Shown here piece by piece: positions 9,012 through 18,206 of a stretch of DNA of 64,000 nucleotides. Made by a program: the position numbers and the translations under genes. Source of the stretch: an uncultured Victivallales bacterium (GTDB lineage Bacteria > Verrucomicrobiota > Kiritimatiellia > UBA8416 > CAYSRM01); NCBI GenBank assembly GCA_964475205.1, contig CAYYVQ010000008.1:12038-76037 (forward strand), given 5' to 3'. Each line of letters starts with the position of its first letter. Position 1 is the first letter of the stretch. The notes beneath the pieces are model-generated. The model saw nothing but the letters and a program-made list of their open reading frames with translations, ran no database searches and was not told the DNA's origin.

Positions 9012-11735
9012 ATGAAGAAATTCTCAATTTTTATCGTATCTGTATACATGCTTGCCGCCATGCAGGTCACTGCCCTGGAAGTTCCGATCACGGTCAGCGC
9101 CCCGCCGGATGCGGAGCGGACAGCCGAAGTGGTTTCAGGCGGAATCCCCATGCCTATGGGAGCTTACAAGGAGGACTCGACCTTCAGTCTTTACAAAGGA
9201 AACAGCGAGGTCCCGGTACAGGTTTCGCCGATCGTGAAGTATCCTGATGAATCCCTGCACTGGGCGCTGGTAAGTTTTCCGGTCGACATAAATGCGGGCG
9301 CTGGAGAGAACTTCATCCTCAGGGACAGGCCAGGCAGAGCGGCTCCGGACAATCCGGTAGCTGTCCAGGAAAAGGACAGCAAAGTCCTGATCTCCAACGG
9401 AATCGTCGCATTCATTATCGATAAAGAGCAGTTCAACGGATTCGAAGCCGTGGCGTACCGCAACAAAACCGTATTCAAGAATGCAGAAGCCGGCCTGGCA
9501 GCCAACGGACAGGGCCCCGGGAAAGTGACGCATTTTGAATACCGCTATCGCGGACCGGTACGCACGACGGTTTACATGAAGGGAACATACGGCGAACTGA
9601 AGTCCCCTACATGGTCCATGGCAGTAACCCTCAACGCAAACGAGAGCATAATTCATATCGATCATAACCTGCGTAACGGCGGCAAGGGCGCGAGTAAACT
9701 GGACGTGCAGGCGCCAAAACTCTGCCTGGGACTTGCCTCGCCCCTTGAACAAACCGGCAAGGAGTCTGCATCAGGCAACAAGCCTTCCTGGGGGTGGCAC
9801 AAATTCTCCGGCGCCGCCGACCTGCTTGTTTTTCAAAGAGCGGGCGGTAGAGGAACACCGTTATACAAGGCTGAAGTTCAGGACAAGGAACTTCAAATCT
9901 CCATGGGTTTCGGCCCGAACGGCGACGTTAACCTTCACTACGGCGCACACAAGATAACCGAGATCGATTTGGTATTCGGGGACGCGGATCCGGCGGCGCT
10001 GGCCCTGCCGCTGCATGCGCGCGCAGCAAGCGACTGGTATGCCGCCCATGACAGCATGGGAGTGGGACGCGGTTTCGGGTCGCTTGAAGACGAAACAACG
10101 ACATATAAGAATCAAGGATGGAAGAACGCTGAAGAGCCAAAGAAACTGCCCGGCAAGAAAAAGCCGGTTCCGAACATGTACAAATCATCGTTTGACGCGC
10201 ACCGCACCAGCGAATGCGACCAGATGCGCGGTCTCACACTCGGCTACGTGCGCACCGGGCAGAGAGGTTTCCTTGATCGCGCCCACGCATGGGCCCGATA
10301 CTGGCAGACATTTTTCCTCTACCGCTCGGACGACCTCATTTACGGCAAGGATATGTCCTATAATACTCCGAAATGGGGCAGAGGCCGCTGCTGCACCGAA
10401 GGATGCCACTTTTACGTGGCCGGACTGTTCAACTATGCTCTTCTGACCGGCGACATCGACGCGCTGGAAGCCGCATTTGATGGAGCTGAATTCGTCAATA
10501 AGGGATGGTTTGGCCAGTATTCAAAAAGATCGCCAGGCAAAAGTTTCAGCGCCTGGGGATCACGCGGATTTGCGCGTTGCTATCTTGGTATTGCCCGGGC
10601 TTATGACGTTGCTCGCAACGAAATGTGGAAAGACGCGCTGCTGCACTTTGCGCGCATGGCCCGGCAGACGCCCATGCTCGACCCGCGCGGATTTACAGTC
10701 AGCGAGCAGGGATCAAGCGCAGGCTCCGCCGCCGGCAAGGCAAAGGGCATTCCTGAACTGGAGGAAATGATAGCGGAACAGAATATAAAGATAGACGGAA
10801 AACATGTTGTGCATCCTGTCTATGGCAGATATCTCCCCAAATATGCCAACGGCTGGCCAATGGTCATGCTGTCCTGGGCCAATTACCAGGCATGGGAGTC
10901 GCTATCAGCCGACCCGGATCCCGAAGCTCAGCTTGCAGCCGAAGACGCCATGGATCTTGCTGTCGCTACAGCCGAATACGGTGTAAGATATGTATACCAT
11001 GAAACACAGAAGGCCATGCTCCCTTCACAACACTTGGACTACCCTATCCCTGACTATGTCGCAAGATGGAGCGGTGGAAAATGGAATGAATATCAGCCGA
11101 AAGGCACTGATAGCTGGTATACCAAGTGGTGGCCCAATACACTCGCGCAGGGTTACATGCTGACCGGCGACGAATATTATCTTGATACCATGTACAACAC
11201 CATCTGGTGGGGGCTGTCGCGATTCTACCGGGGCGCTCCAAAGGTTCCCGAAGGCGAAGCGCCTCGTTATGCATGGGTAGACAAGAACACCAAGGGCGAC
11301 TGGGTTACCCCCACGGCGCTGGCCTTCGGAGTCGGCTCCGGTACCAGAAAGGATTCGGAGCCGCCGGCGGCAGTGAAAGATCTGAAAGCAAGAACGCTCG
11401 GCGATGGCAAGGTTGAAATCGCGTGGTCAACACCTTCCGATAACGGCGGCACAGTCGCGCGCTATCAGGTCAAGTGGGCACAGCTTCCCATTGTCGACTT
11501 CATTCGCTCGGGAGACGAATACCGGAAGCATTTCAAAGACGGCAAGCTACAGGTTGAATACTGGAACACCGCGAACAATGTGGTTGGCGAACCTGAACCC
11601 GGCCGGGCCGGCAAGGCGGAACGTATGACCCTCAAATTGGAACCGGGTACGACATGCCACATTGCAGTTCGCAGTTTTGACGATTCCAGGAACAGAAGCC
11701 CTGTTTCCAATGTTGTGACTGTCGAGGTAAAGTAA
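9012..11735 (+). CDS. Secreted multidomain protein, paralogue of the 48908 and 51363 proteins (N-terminal beta-sandwich, central alpha-helical region, C-terminal fibronectin-III domain); candidate glycan-active enzyme
   Basis: Signal peptide MKKFSIFIVSVYMLAAMQVTA. N-terminal block EVVSGGIPMPMG...HWALVSF aligns by eye with the corresponding blocks of the two downstream paralogues. C-terminal Fn3-like segment (GDGKVEIAWSTPSDNGGTVARYQVKW). AAGGAG ribosome-binding site. Confidence 0.6.
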   Translation: MKKFSIFIVSVYMLAAMQVTALEVPITVSAPPDAERTAEVVSGGIPMPMGAYKEDSTFSLYKGNSEVPVQVSPIVKYPDESLHWALVSFPVDINAGAGENFILRDRPGRAAPDNPVAVQEKDSKVLISNGIVAFIIDKEQFNGFEAVAYRNKTVFKNAEAGLAANGQGPGKVTHFEYRYRGPVRTTVYMKGTYGELKSPTWSMAVTLNANESIIHIDHNLRNGGKGASKLDVQAPKLCLGLASPLEQTGKESASGNKPSWGWHKFSGAADLLVFQRAGGRGTPLYKAEVQDKELQISMGFGPNGDVNLHYGAHKITEIDLVFGDADPAALALPLHARAASDWYAAHDSMGVGRGFGSLEDETTTYKNQGWKNAEEPKKLPGKKKPVPNMYKSSFDAHRTSECDQMRGLTLGYVRTGQRGFLDRAHAWARYWQTFFLYRSDDLIYGKDMSYNTPKWGRGRCCTEGCHFYVAGLFNYALLTGDIDALEAAFDGAEFVNKGWFGQYSKRSPGKSFSAWGSRGFARCYLGIARAYDVARNEMWKDALLHFARMARQTPMLDPRGFTVSEQGSSAGSAAGKAKGIPELEEMIAEQNIKIDGKHVVHPVYGRYLPKYANGWPMVMLSWANYQAWESLSADPDPEAQLAAEDAMDLAVATAEYGVRYVYHETQKAMLPSQHLDYPIPDYVARWSGGKWNEYQPKGTDSWYTKWWPNTLAQGYMLTGDEYYLDTMYNTIWWGLSRFYRGAPKVPEGEAPRYAWVDKNTKGDWVTPTALAFGVGSGTRKDSEPPAAVKDLKARTLGDGKVEIAWSTPSDNGGTVARYQVKWAQLPIVDFIRSGDEYRKHFKDGKLQVEYWNTANNVVGEPEPGRAGKAERMTLKLEPGTTCHIAVRSFDDSRNRSPVSNVVTVEVK

Positions 11736-11867
11736 ACCTATATACGGCACTTGAAATTCGGGAAGCGATGTATATTATTACAAATAAGGAGTTTACAATT
11801 TATTGCGCCCCCACCCAAAGGGTGCGGGCGAGCTTCCCGAATTTCAAGCCGCAAGGGGTTGCCGATT
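11736..11867. repeat. 132-bp conserved hairpin element, copy 1 (17-bp perfect stem CTTGAAATTCGGGAAGC/GCTTCCCGAATTTCAAG around a 70-nt loop)
   Basis: Essentially identical to the segments at 23454..23585 and 43676..43807. It lies between convergent genes. Confidence 0.8.
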
Positions 11868-11971
11868 CTAGGGTAAACCGAAAGGCAAGGCGTCTTATTG
11901 CCGGGTTTGTTGCCTGCTTGCGCGCTCGCGCAGGCAAGTAACTGCAAGGCTGACAGGCAAGTGGCGCCATT

Positions 11972-12973
11972 TTATCTTGAGCGGAAAAACCGTTCGAGCC
12001 GGCGCATTGACTTATTTAAAAACATCACCGCGCCAAGCGGAACGGCTAGCCCCCAGAAAAGAAGTTTCGGCAGACTGAAAATGTGACCTGGCCCGTAGAC
12101 TTCATAAGCAAGATTCCAGAACACAAGCAGACAGCACAGCAATATGACGGCAAAATTTGCCAGCGTGGCGGAACCGTGAAGTTTCCCAGCGCCTGGTATG
12201 CGTTCCCTTCGAACAGGAAACCACAGGCTGCTGCCCATGAAACCAAGCTGGTCAACAGCCGTATGAGCGGCAATGGCTCCGAAGGCTATTATTCCGGCCG
12301 TCGGATTGAATGCCGCCGCAATTACGGCCGCAGGCAGAAGCGCAGCCACATAGCTGTGCGTCCACCGCCGGTGCCACGGAATGAAGGCAACAGCAATCTT
12401 ACCTCCCGCATCCGGAGACATCTCAAGCAACGGGCCGTCAAAAATATCAACCTGTATGTCAGACTGATACCCGATTCTCACTGAAACGTTAAAGCTGATT
12501 TCAGCGCTCTTTCGCCACTTCGGGTCTTCTATTGCCACCGGCCCGTTCCTCGACATTCTTACAGGCTTTTCTGAAACAATGTTGCCACCGGTATCCACCG
12601 CCGGCCCGTATACAACAATAACCTTGTGCTTGCTGGCATCAATACGAACCGTATATTGTTGCCATAGATCAGAAGCAAGGCGGATTGTTTCAAGTTTGAT
12701 ACGCACCGGCTTGAGTATAGATGCCGCGCTGTCTATCGCGTACGCCACAGCTCCGGCAATTTGCGACGGCAATGGATTTAACGGATCAGGAACAACACAA
12801 ATGTGATGCCGGTAAAAAAATCGGAAGAATTTGAAATCCAGGGTATCGGGCAGCAGGCCGAAAAAACCGCCCAGCAGAAAATATGCCGGGTTGCCCGCCG
12901 CCGCCGCATGTATCGACTCGGGAAAAAACGAGGCAAGACCCACGCCAACAGTAAAATGCGTTATTCCCTTCAT
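11972..12973 (-). CDS. DUF457/YdjM-like membrane-bound metal-dependent hydrolase with an inserted soluble domain
   Basis: The YdjM signature blocks are conserved (ITHF, GLLPDTLDF, WTHSYVAALL, AHTAVDQLGFMGSSLWFP). Its ATG overlaps the stop of the upstream TctA-like gene (ATGA). Confidence 0.5.
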   Translation of the reverse strand: MKGITHFTVGVGLASFFPESIHAAAAGNPAYFLLGGFFGLLPDTLDFKFFRFFYRHHICVVPDPLNPLPSQIAGAVAYAIDSAASILKPVRIKLETIRLASDLWQQYTVRIDASKHKVIVVYGPAVDTGGNIVSEKPVRMSRNGPVAIEDPKWRKSAEISFNVSVRIGYQSDIQVDIFDGPLLEMSPDAGGKIAVAFIPWHRRWTHSYVAALLPAAVIAAAFNPTAGIIAFGAIAAHTAVDQLGFMGSSLWFPVRRERIPGAGKLHGSATLANFAVILLCCLLVFWNLAYEVYGPGHIFSLPKLLFWGLAVPLGAVMFLNKSMRRLERFFRSR

Positions 12974-14283
12974 CCCGCCAACCTCAAAAATGCGGCGATA
13001 TCATCGCCTATTCCCGACATCATACAGGCAACAGGCAGCAGGATTACTCCCAGACAATTCATCCGTCTGGTTCCAAACAACGGCGGCACAAGCCCGATCC
13101 CCAGGCCAGCAAACATTATACCGATTCCGCCGGTTCCTGTGCCAACGAAAACTACACAGAGGGCAGCAAGCAAAGAAAATGCGGAAAGCATCCTCAAACC
13201 TGCGCGCTGCATCGCTCGAAGAGTCAGTATCGCCAGCGGAGCCACCAGCAACAGGGCCGCTGCGCTTGCCATCGCAATGGAACCAAGCGCAAGGTAAAAA
13301 TCTTCGTAGGAATAGCCTGTATACAAAGCGTTTATCATTAGTGCACCGCCGCCGCGCGCCATGTTGAGGCCGGGAACGAACAACAGAAGAACCGCTGCAC
13401 TGTAATAGACAGCTTTGGATGCTCCCTGCGAAACAAGAAACATTCGATCGTTCCTGATGCTGACGGCATGCCCCGCAAGAAAACCGCCGACACCTCCGGT
13501 TATAACCGGGAAAAATGCGGCAAAACCGCCGCCCAGTGTTCCGGCAATACTGCCTGCGGCGAAATCCCTCAAATGAATCCCCGGCAATGTCAACCGCTGC
13601 GGCGGCGCGCGGCAGCCCGAAACAAGATTGAGCAACAGCCAGGGCATGGTGAAAAGCCCCACAAAAGCCGGCATCAAATTCTGAAACGCACTGCCTGCTT
13701 GTACCGGAGAACGGTAAAACAACGCAAAACCGAGCAAACCCGACATAACAAAAGTGGCGAGCCCCGCAAATAGCTGTTGCCAGGCTTTAAAAAATCTGCG
13801 CCACCCGGAGAGCCCAACTGCAGTGTCTCGCGGCCATTCCGACATCAACATAAAACATATAACACACCATATTATCCAGTGGGAATGCGCCGCAAATACC
13901 TGCCGCATTACAGGAAGAACAGCAGGGCCGAAACCCGCCAGTCCGGCAATGACCAGCCCCACCCCCGCAGCGCTGCCTGCCGCCGTAAGGATCACCGCCT
14001 CATAAGCCCTGCCTTTCATCAGATACTTCTGGCCGGGAAGAACTGTAAACATTGCGCTTTCATCCGGCGCGGCAAGAATAACAGAAGGGATCGTGTTGCA
14101 TACGGCGAATCCTGCAATCATCCCAAGCGAGAAAGGAACAAACAGGGCTTCAGCTCCACTGTGGCCATAAGCAAGAATTATCGCAAATCCCAATAGATTA
14201 TAAACGTGCAAACCCGGAATACATGCCAGCGCTGAGGCTATTAGTCCCCCCGTTAACGCCGCGATAACGTTCTGTACCGGCAT
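12970..14283 (-). CDS. TctA/DUF112-family integral membrane protein (tripartite tricarboxylate transporter large-permease-like)
   Basis: 437 aa, polytopic. The LPGQKYLMKGRAYEAVILTAAGSAAG block resembles the TctA DGYxMAxxGRAGxAL region. The start abuts the upstream gene's stop. Confidence 0.5.
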   Translation of the reverse strand: MPVQNVIAALTGGLIASALACIPGLHVYNLLGFAIILAYGHSGAEALFVPFSLGMIAGFAVCNTIPSVILAAPDESAMFTVLPGQKYLMKGRAYEAVILTAAGSAAGVGLVIAGLAGFGPAVLPVMRQVFAAHSHWIIWCVICFMLMSEWPRDTAVGLSGWRRFFKAWQQLFAGLATFVMSGLLGFALFYRSPVQAGSAFQNLMPAFVGLFTMPWLLLNLVSGCRAPPQRLTLPGIHLRDFAAGSIAGTLGGGFAAFFPVITGGVGGFLAGHAVSIRNDRMFLVSQGASKAVYYSAAVLLLFVPGLNMARGGGALMINALYTGYSYEDFYLALGSIAMASAAALLLVAPLAILTLRAMQRAGLRMLSAFSLLAALCVVFVGTGTGGIGIMFAGLGIGLVPPLFGTRRMNCLGVILLPVACMMSGIGDDIAAFLRLAG

Positions 14284-14871
14284 CTATTCCCCCGAAAGCT
14301 GCTTTAAAATCCGGACATCATCCGCGCTTCTCAGTACAAGGTCCGGATTTCCGGAATCTGATATCCGCAAATTGCCCTCCGCCTCGACCGTGTCCCCGGC
14401 TTCAGGCAGATCCGCCGCCTGTGCCAGTTCCGCAGCATTGTCTCTGTAGGCTTTCACCCTGACTCTTACGTCGCCGGTTTCCAGTCCAAAAGAGATATAG
14501 CCGACTATTCCGTTTTCCCTGCTAAGATACGGATCCCTTTCCAAACGCCCCCGTATACGGACACGGGCAAAATTCATCATGGGTGTGATAGATGCAGCCT
14601 CGACCAGCGGCGCCTCTTTGCGCGGAGCAAGGTAAATAAAGAAAAGTCCGGTTACTGCAAGCAATAAGGCCGATAAACGCAACAGACGCAAAAAAGAAGC
14701 GTTGCGCGCGGCCTGGCCGCAATATGCGCAACGCAAAGCAGCCCCCAAAAACCGCTCACAAGCAGGGCACACCGCGCCGGGAGCAGCATCCTGAATAACG
14801 GGTGAAGAACCAGGTCCAGGGAAATCAGCGTCGCTTCGCGCTCCCTCACTGTACGCGGGGTGATCTTTCAC
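14284..14871 (-). CDS. Membrane-anchored protein with an N-terminal zinc ribbon (CPAC...CAYC) and a C-terminal OB-fold-like domain
   Basis: 195 aa. Two CxxC pairs, one TM helix, then a beta-rich domain. It is operonic with the flanking genes. Confidence 0.45.
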   Translation of the reverse strand: MKDHPAYSEGARSDADFPGPGSSPVIQDAAPGAVCPACERFLGAALRCAYCGQAARNASFLRLLRLSALLLAVTGLFFIYLAPRKEAPLVEAASITPMMNFARVRIRGRLERDPYLSRENGIVGYISFGLETGDVRVRVKAYRDNAAELAQAADLPEAGDTVEAEGNLRISDSGNPDLVLRSADDVRILKQLSGE

Positions 14872-14882
14872 CTTACACCCTT

Positions 14883-15683
14883 TCAGTCTTTGAAAACAGG
14901 TTCGTAATTCTTCTTGGCTCTCATCTCATTTATACGAAGCCGCGTCTTGTAAGTAAAAGGTCTGCTTTCTATCTCCATTTCTTTAATCATCCAACGGTCA
15001 TTGATCTTCTTAAAGCTTCGTATTGTAAGCCTTCGAACCAACTCGTCTTCATGATCATATGCTTCGGCCTGAAGAATCATGTGCGCTTTGGAATCTACCC
15101 ATAGTTTCACTTTTTTATATTGATTCTCCGATTTCCCTGCAAATGTTTGTTTTTCGTCAGATAATTGCGGACGGACTAAAACTACATGGCACTCCCTGCC
15201 CTTGACCTGGTCAATCCCGGCTGTTCCTTCCTGGCGCCACCAGAGAAAAGAAAGAGTCAGATCAAGCCAACTGATGCTTGTGTCCTGGATTGAATTGAAA
15301 ATATTCGGAGGCTCCGAATCAGCTTCGCCTACACCTTTTCCATAAAGATATTCAGAAGCTTTATCGCTGAAGTAATTAACCCTGAGCTTTTCCACCTGTC
15401 CGTTTCTCGGATCCTGAATGGTGTATCTTGCCGACCCGCGCCCGCCTGCAAAGTGAACCAGAATCCGGACAGGATGTGAGCGCGTTGTTATTCCCTTCTT
15501 TTTGATAACTCGAAGTTCACCGCTTAACGCAAGCGGTTCGGAGGGCAGAACCGACCGTACTGTCTGCATGAGCTTTGCGCCGGATGCAGATTTTTCAACA
15601 GCAACAGAAAAAGAACAACACAGTAACACGCATGCCAGGCTTGCAAGTAAAACACAACGCTCCGTTGTAAATCCGGGCTTCAC
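14883..15683 (-). CDS. LolA-like outer-membrane lipoprotein-sorting / periplasmic protein
   Basis: 266 aa with a signal peptide. Its length and beta-rich composition resemble LolA/LolB-like proteins. The assignment is tentative. Confidence 0.4.
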   Translation of the reverse strand: MKPGFTTERCVLLASLACVLLCCSFSVAVEKSASGAKLMQTVRSVLPSEPLALSGELRVIKKKGITTRSHPVRILVHFAGGRGSARYTIQDPRNGQVEKLRVNYFSDKASEYLYGKGVGEADSEPPNIFNSIQDTSISWLDLTLSFLWWRQEGTAGIDQVKGRECHVVLVRPQLSDEKQTFAGKSENQYKKVKLWVDSKAHMILQAEAYDHEDELVRRLTIRSFKKINDRWMIKEMEIESRPFTYKTRLRINEMRAKKNYEPVFKD

Positions 15684-15904
15684 TGCTCCCCTGTGCAGGA
15701 TCCGGCTTCCTGGTCGGCCTTGAGTGCGTGGTCAATGATTTCCCTGACCTGTTGCAGGCCGCTGACGGGAATAATGACTGCGTCACGCCTTCCGCCCACA
15801 TCCTCTATAATTTTGAGAAATCTGCCCCTGGCATTTTCCCTTAAATCAAATGTGAAGTTCTTCCGTTCAATGGGAATCCGCTCGCTGAATAATTCTTTTT
15901 CCAC
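15680..15904 (-). CDS. Small PurA-like (DUF3276-like) protein
   Basis: 74 aa. The FTFDLRENARGRFLKIIE block resembles bacterial Pur-alpha repeats. It overlaps the start of the next gene by 4 nt. Confidence 0.3.
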   Translation of the reverse strand: MEKELFSERIPIERKNFTFDLRENARGRFLKIIEDVGGRRDAVIIPVSGLQQVREIIDHALKADQEAGSCTGEQ

Positions 15905-16061
15905 CGCTTTTTCCCCTTCTATACTTAAATGTGGTCATTAACGGTACCACTTTCCCTCTTCAATATGCTACCCAAATCCCGGATGATGTCAAATGCAATG
16001 AGATTGACTCCGGCGATTCCACTTTCTTGACATTTCTTCCGCCACTCTCCACACTTTCCAC

Positions 16062-16961
16062 ATGAAAAACAAAAAGGCAACCCTCGTCCTTGGCAGCGGC
16101 GGCGCCCGCGGATGGGCCCACATAGGAGTCATCAGAGCTCTCCGGGAGGAGAACATCAAGATCGAGTCTATCGTAGGCTGTAGCATGGGCGCCCTAGTGG
16201 GCGCGGCTCTCGCGTCGGGAAAGCTAGACGTGCTTGAGAGAACCGCCCTGGAGATGGACTGGCGGAAAGCATTCAATCTTTTTTTTGAATTTACCCTGCC
16301 CAGGTCAGGACTGATAGACGGTAAAAAGGTAACAGAGACGCTACGCGGAATAATTTCGTCCGTCAACATCGAAGATCTGCGGATTCCTTTCACGGCTATG
16401 TCAACCGACATGTCAACCGGTAAAGAAGTGGCATTCTCAAGCGGCGATCTTCTCGAAGCCGTTCGCGCAAGCATCTCCATTCCGGGCATTTTCACTCCTG
16501 TATTCCGGGGCGATCAGATTCTGGTTGACGGCGGTCTCGTCGCGCCGGTTCCGGTCAAAAAAGCATATGAGGCAGGCGCCAGAAGAGTTGTGGCTGTTAA
16601 CATCAATAAAGGACTGGGTATGACAACCGGCGGCGAAAACAAAGAAAAGTCGCCCAGGAAAACAGAGGAAACCCGGGACGCAATAACTCAGTTTGTTAAC
16701 AATAGAATGGAAGATATGAAACTGGAAAAATTTACCCCGGTCAAGCGCTGGCTCGCGCCCAGGAAAACTCCAAGCATTCTGGATGTGGTCGGAAATTCAA
16801 CGATAATTATTCAACAGGAAATCGCCGAAGCACAACTGCAGAAATATCCACCGGACCTCCTGATCGAACCAGACCTTGGCAACATGAACTTCATGGAATT
16901 CCACCATGCGCAACAGGCAATACAAAAAGGCTACGAAAAAGCAAAATCCCTTTTAAACTGA
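16062..16961 (+). CDS. Patatin-like phospholipase
   Basis: GSGGARGWAHIG (GxGxxG), GCSMGA (GxSxG) and DGG motifs are all present. Confidence 0.85.
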   Translation: MKNKKATLVLGSGGARGWAHIGVIRALREENIKIESIVGCSMGALVGAALASGKLDVLERTALEMDWRKAFNLFFEFTLPRSGLIDGKKVTETLRGIISSVNIEDLRIPFTAMSTDMSTGKEVAFSSGDLLEAVRASISIPGIFTPVFRGDQILVDGGLVAPVPVKKAYEAGARRVVAVNINKGLGMTTGGENKEKSPRKTEETRDAITQFVNNRMEDMKLEKFTPVKRWLAPRKTPSILDVVGNSTIIIQQEIAEAQLQKYPPDLLIEPDLGNMNFMEFHHAQQAIQKGYEKAKSLLN

Positions 16962-17000
16962 TCTATTCATAAACATCCGGGGAAAAACAGACAACATCTT

Positions 17001-17901
17001 TTATCTCCCCGAAAATAAGACCCTCAACTCTTCAGGTCTTGATGCCAGCAGTATCCGTACTTTATCGCCGTCAGTCGTGATAATTGCGTTTTCCGCAAGA
17101 TTTGCGAGCCCGGGCTTTCTTTCCCGGTTCAGCAACGCAGCGGCGCGCAGACCCATAAACACAATCTCAACCTGCGATGCTGCTTCACTGTCCTCGGCAA
17201 TAACATTGAGCTCTGCCTGCAACTGTCCATCAATTTCTCCCATAGCCATGGACATAGCTTTTGCGTTCCGGAAAACCTTTGCATGCGCGCTTCCGTTCAG
17301 TCGTTCCAACGGACCGTTTACGCTTGCCACGAAAAACCTGCCGACTTCAGCATCCGGCGCCCGAAGACCCTGTGCTCCGGCATCAGCCAGAGATTCTCTT
17401 GTCCCTTTATTGACTTCGGCGAACTCCAGCGCCTCGGTCTCCGAACCTGCCAACACAACAGTGTCCCCTGCAATAAAGCAGGCAACACACGGCGAGCCCC
17501 GCCTCGGATCATCCCATTTGTGCAGCATGTAACCGCCCCTGCCAACTGCATGGTAACTGCCATTCTTCTCCAGCGCGCGGATAATGAGTTCGGAATCAAG
17601 ATTTCCTTTCACAACAGCTACGGCGTCCTTCCTGCCAAGATTGGAGCCGTAAAGCGTCACACTGTTGATGTCTTCGGCCGGGTCTAAGCCGAGTTGTTGC
17701 TTAAGAAAAGCAAGACCATGCCTGTGCTTCTCCGGCCGTATTGAAGACAGCATTCCGGCAACATCTGTCAGGCGATAGACGTCAACATCAATATGGGCTA
17801 TCCATTGAACATCCGAGGGAACCGATGAATTGTCAAATCCGGCGCCATGCGCCACACCGGCAACAAATATCGTCACAATAAAAACACACAGATTCCTCAT
17901 G
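17001..17901 (-). CDS. Secreted hypothetical protein
   Basis: The start at MRNLCVF was chosen for its GGGAGG ribosome-binding site, followed by a signal peptide. No recognisable family. Confidence 0.5.
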
Positions 17902-18206
17902 TCAACCTCCCGGAATATTCGCTGCATTGCGCGCCCGGCAATGCGTTTTCGTGAAAATGCTCGCTTTCCTCTATCAAATGATTGTATGCTTGCAGGGTCT
18001 CTCTAACAAGCAATTAAACCTGGAAAGAGCAGTTTAACGCAGATGAAGCGTGCAGTTGCTTTGCTGTCAGCGTGTTGCGCAAAAACACAGGCGCACCCGC
18101 AAGGTGCGTTGAGGCTTTTGCGCAATACGCTGGCTGTGAATGATCTGTGCGATTCGCTGCGGTTCAACTGCTTTTTTCAGGTTAAAAGGATAATCCGGTC
18201 AAACCC

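Noticed and set aside
11738-11947. ORFs of 62-76 aa ending ...NPLRLEIREARPHPLGGGAINCKLLICNNIHRFPNFKCRI at 11738..11947, 23432..23644 and 43678..43866 on the minus strand
   Set aside because: They are identical only because they read through the 132-bp hairpin element, and they diverge immediately outside it. Their conservation is at nucleotide level, so they are artefacts of the repeat rather than a conserved small protein.
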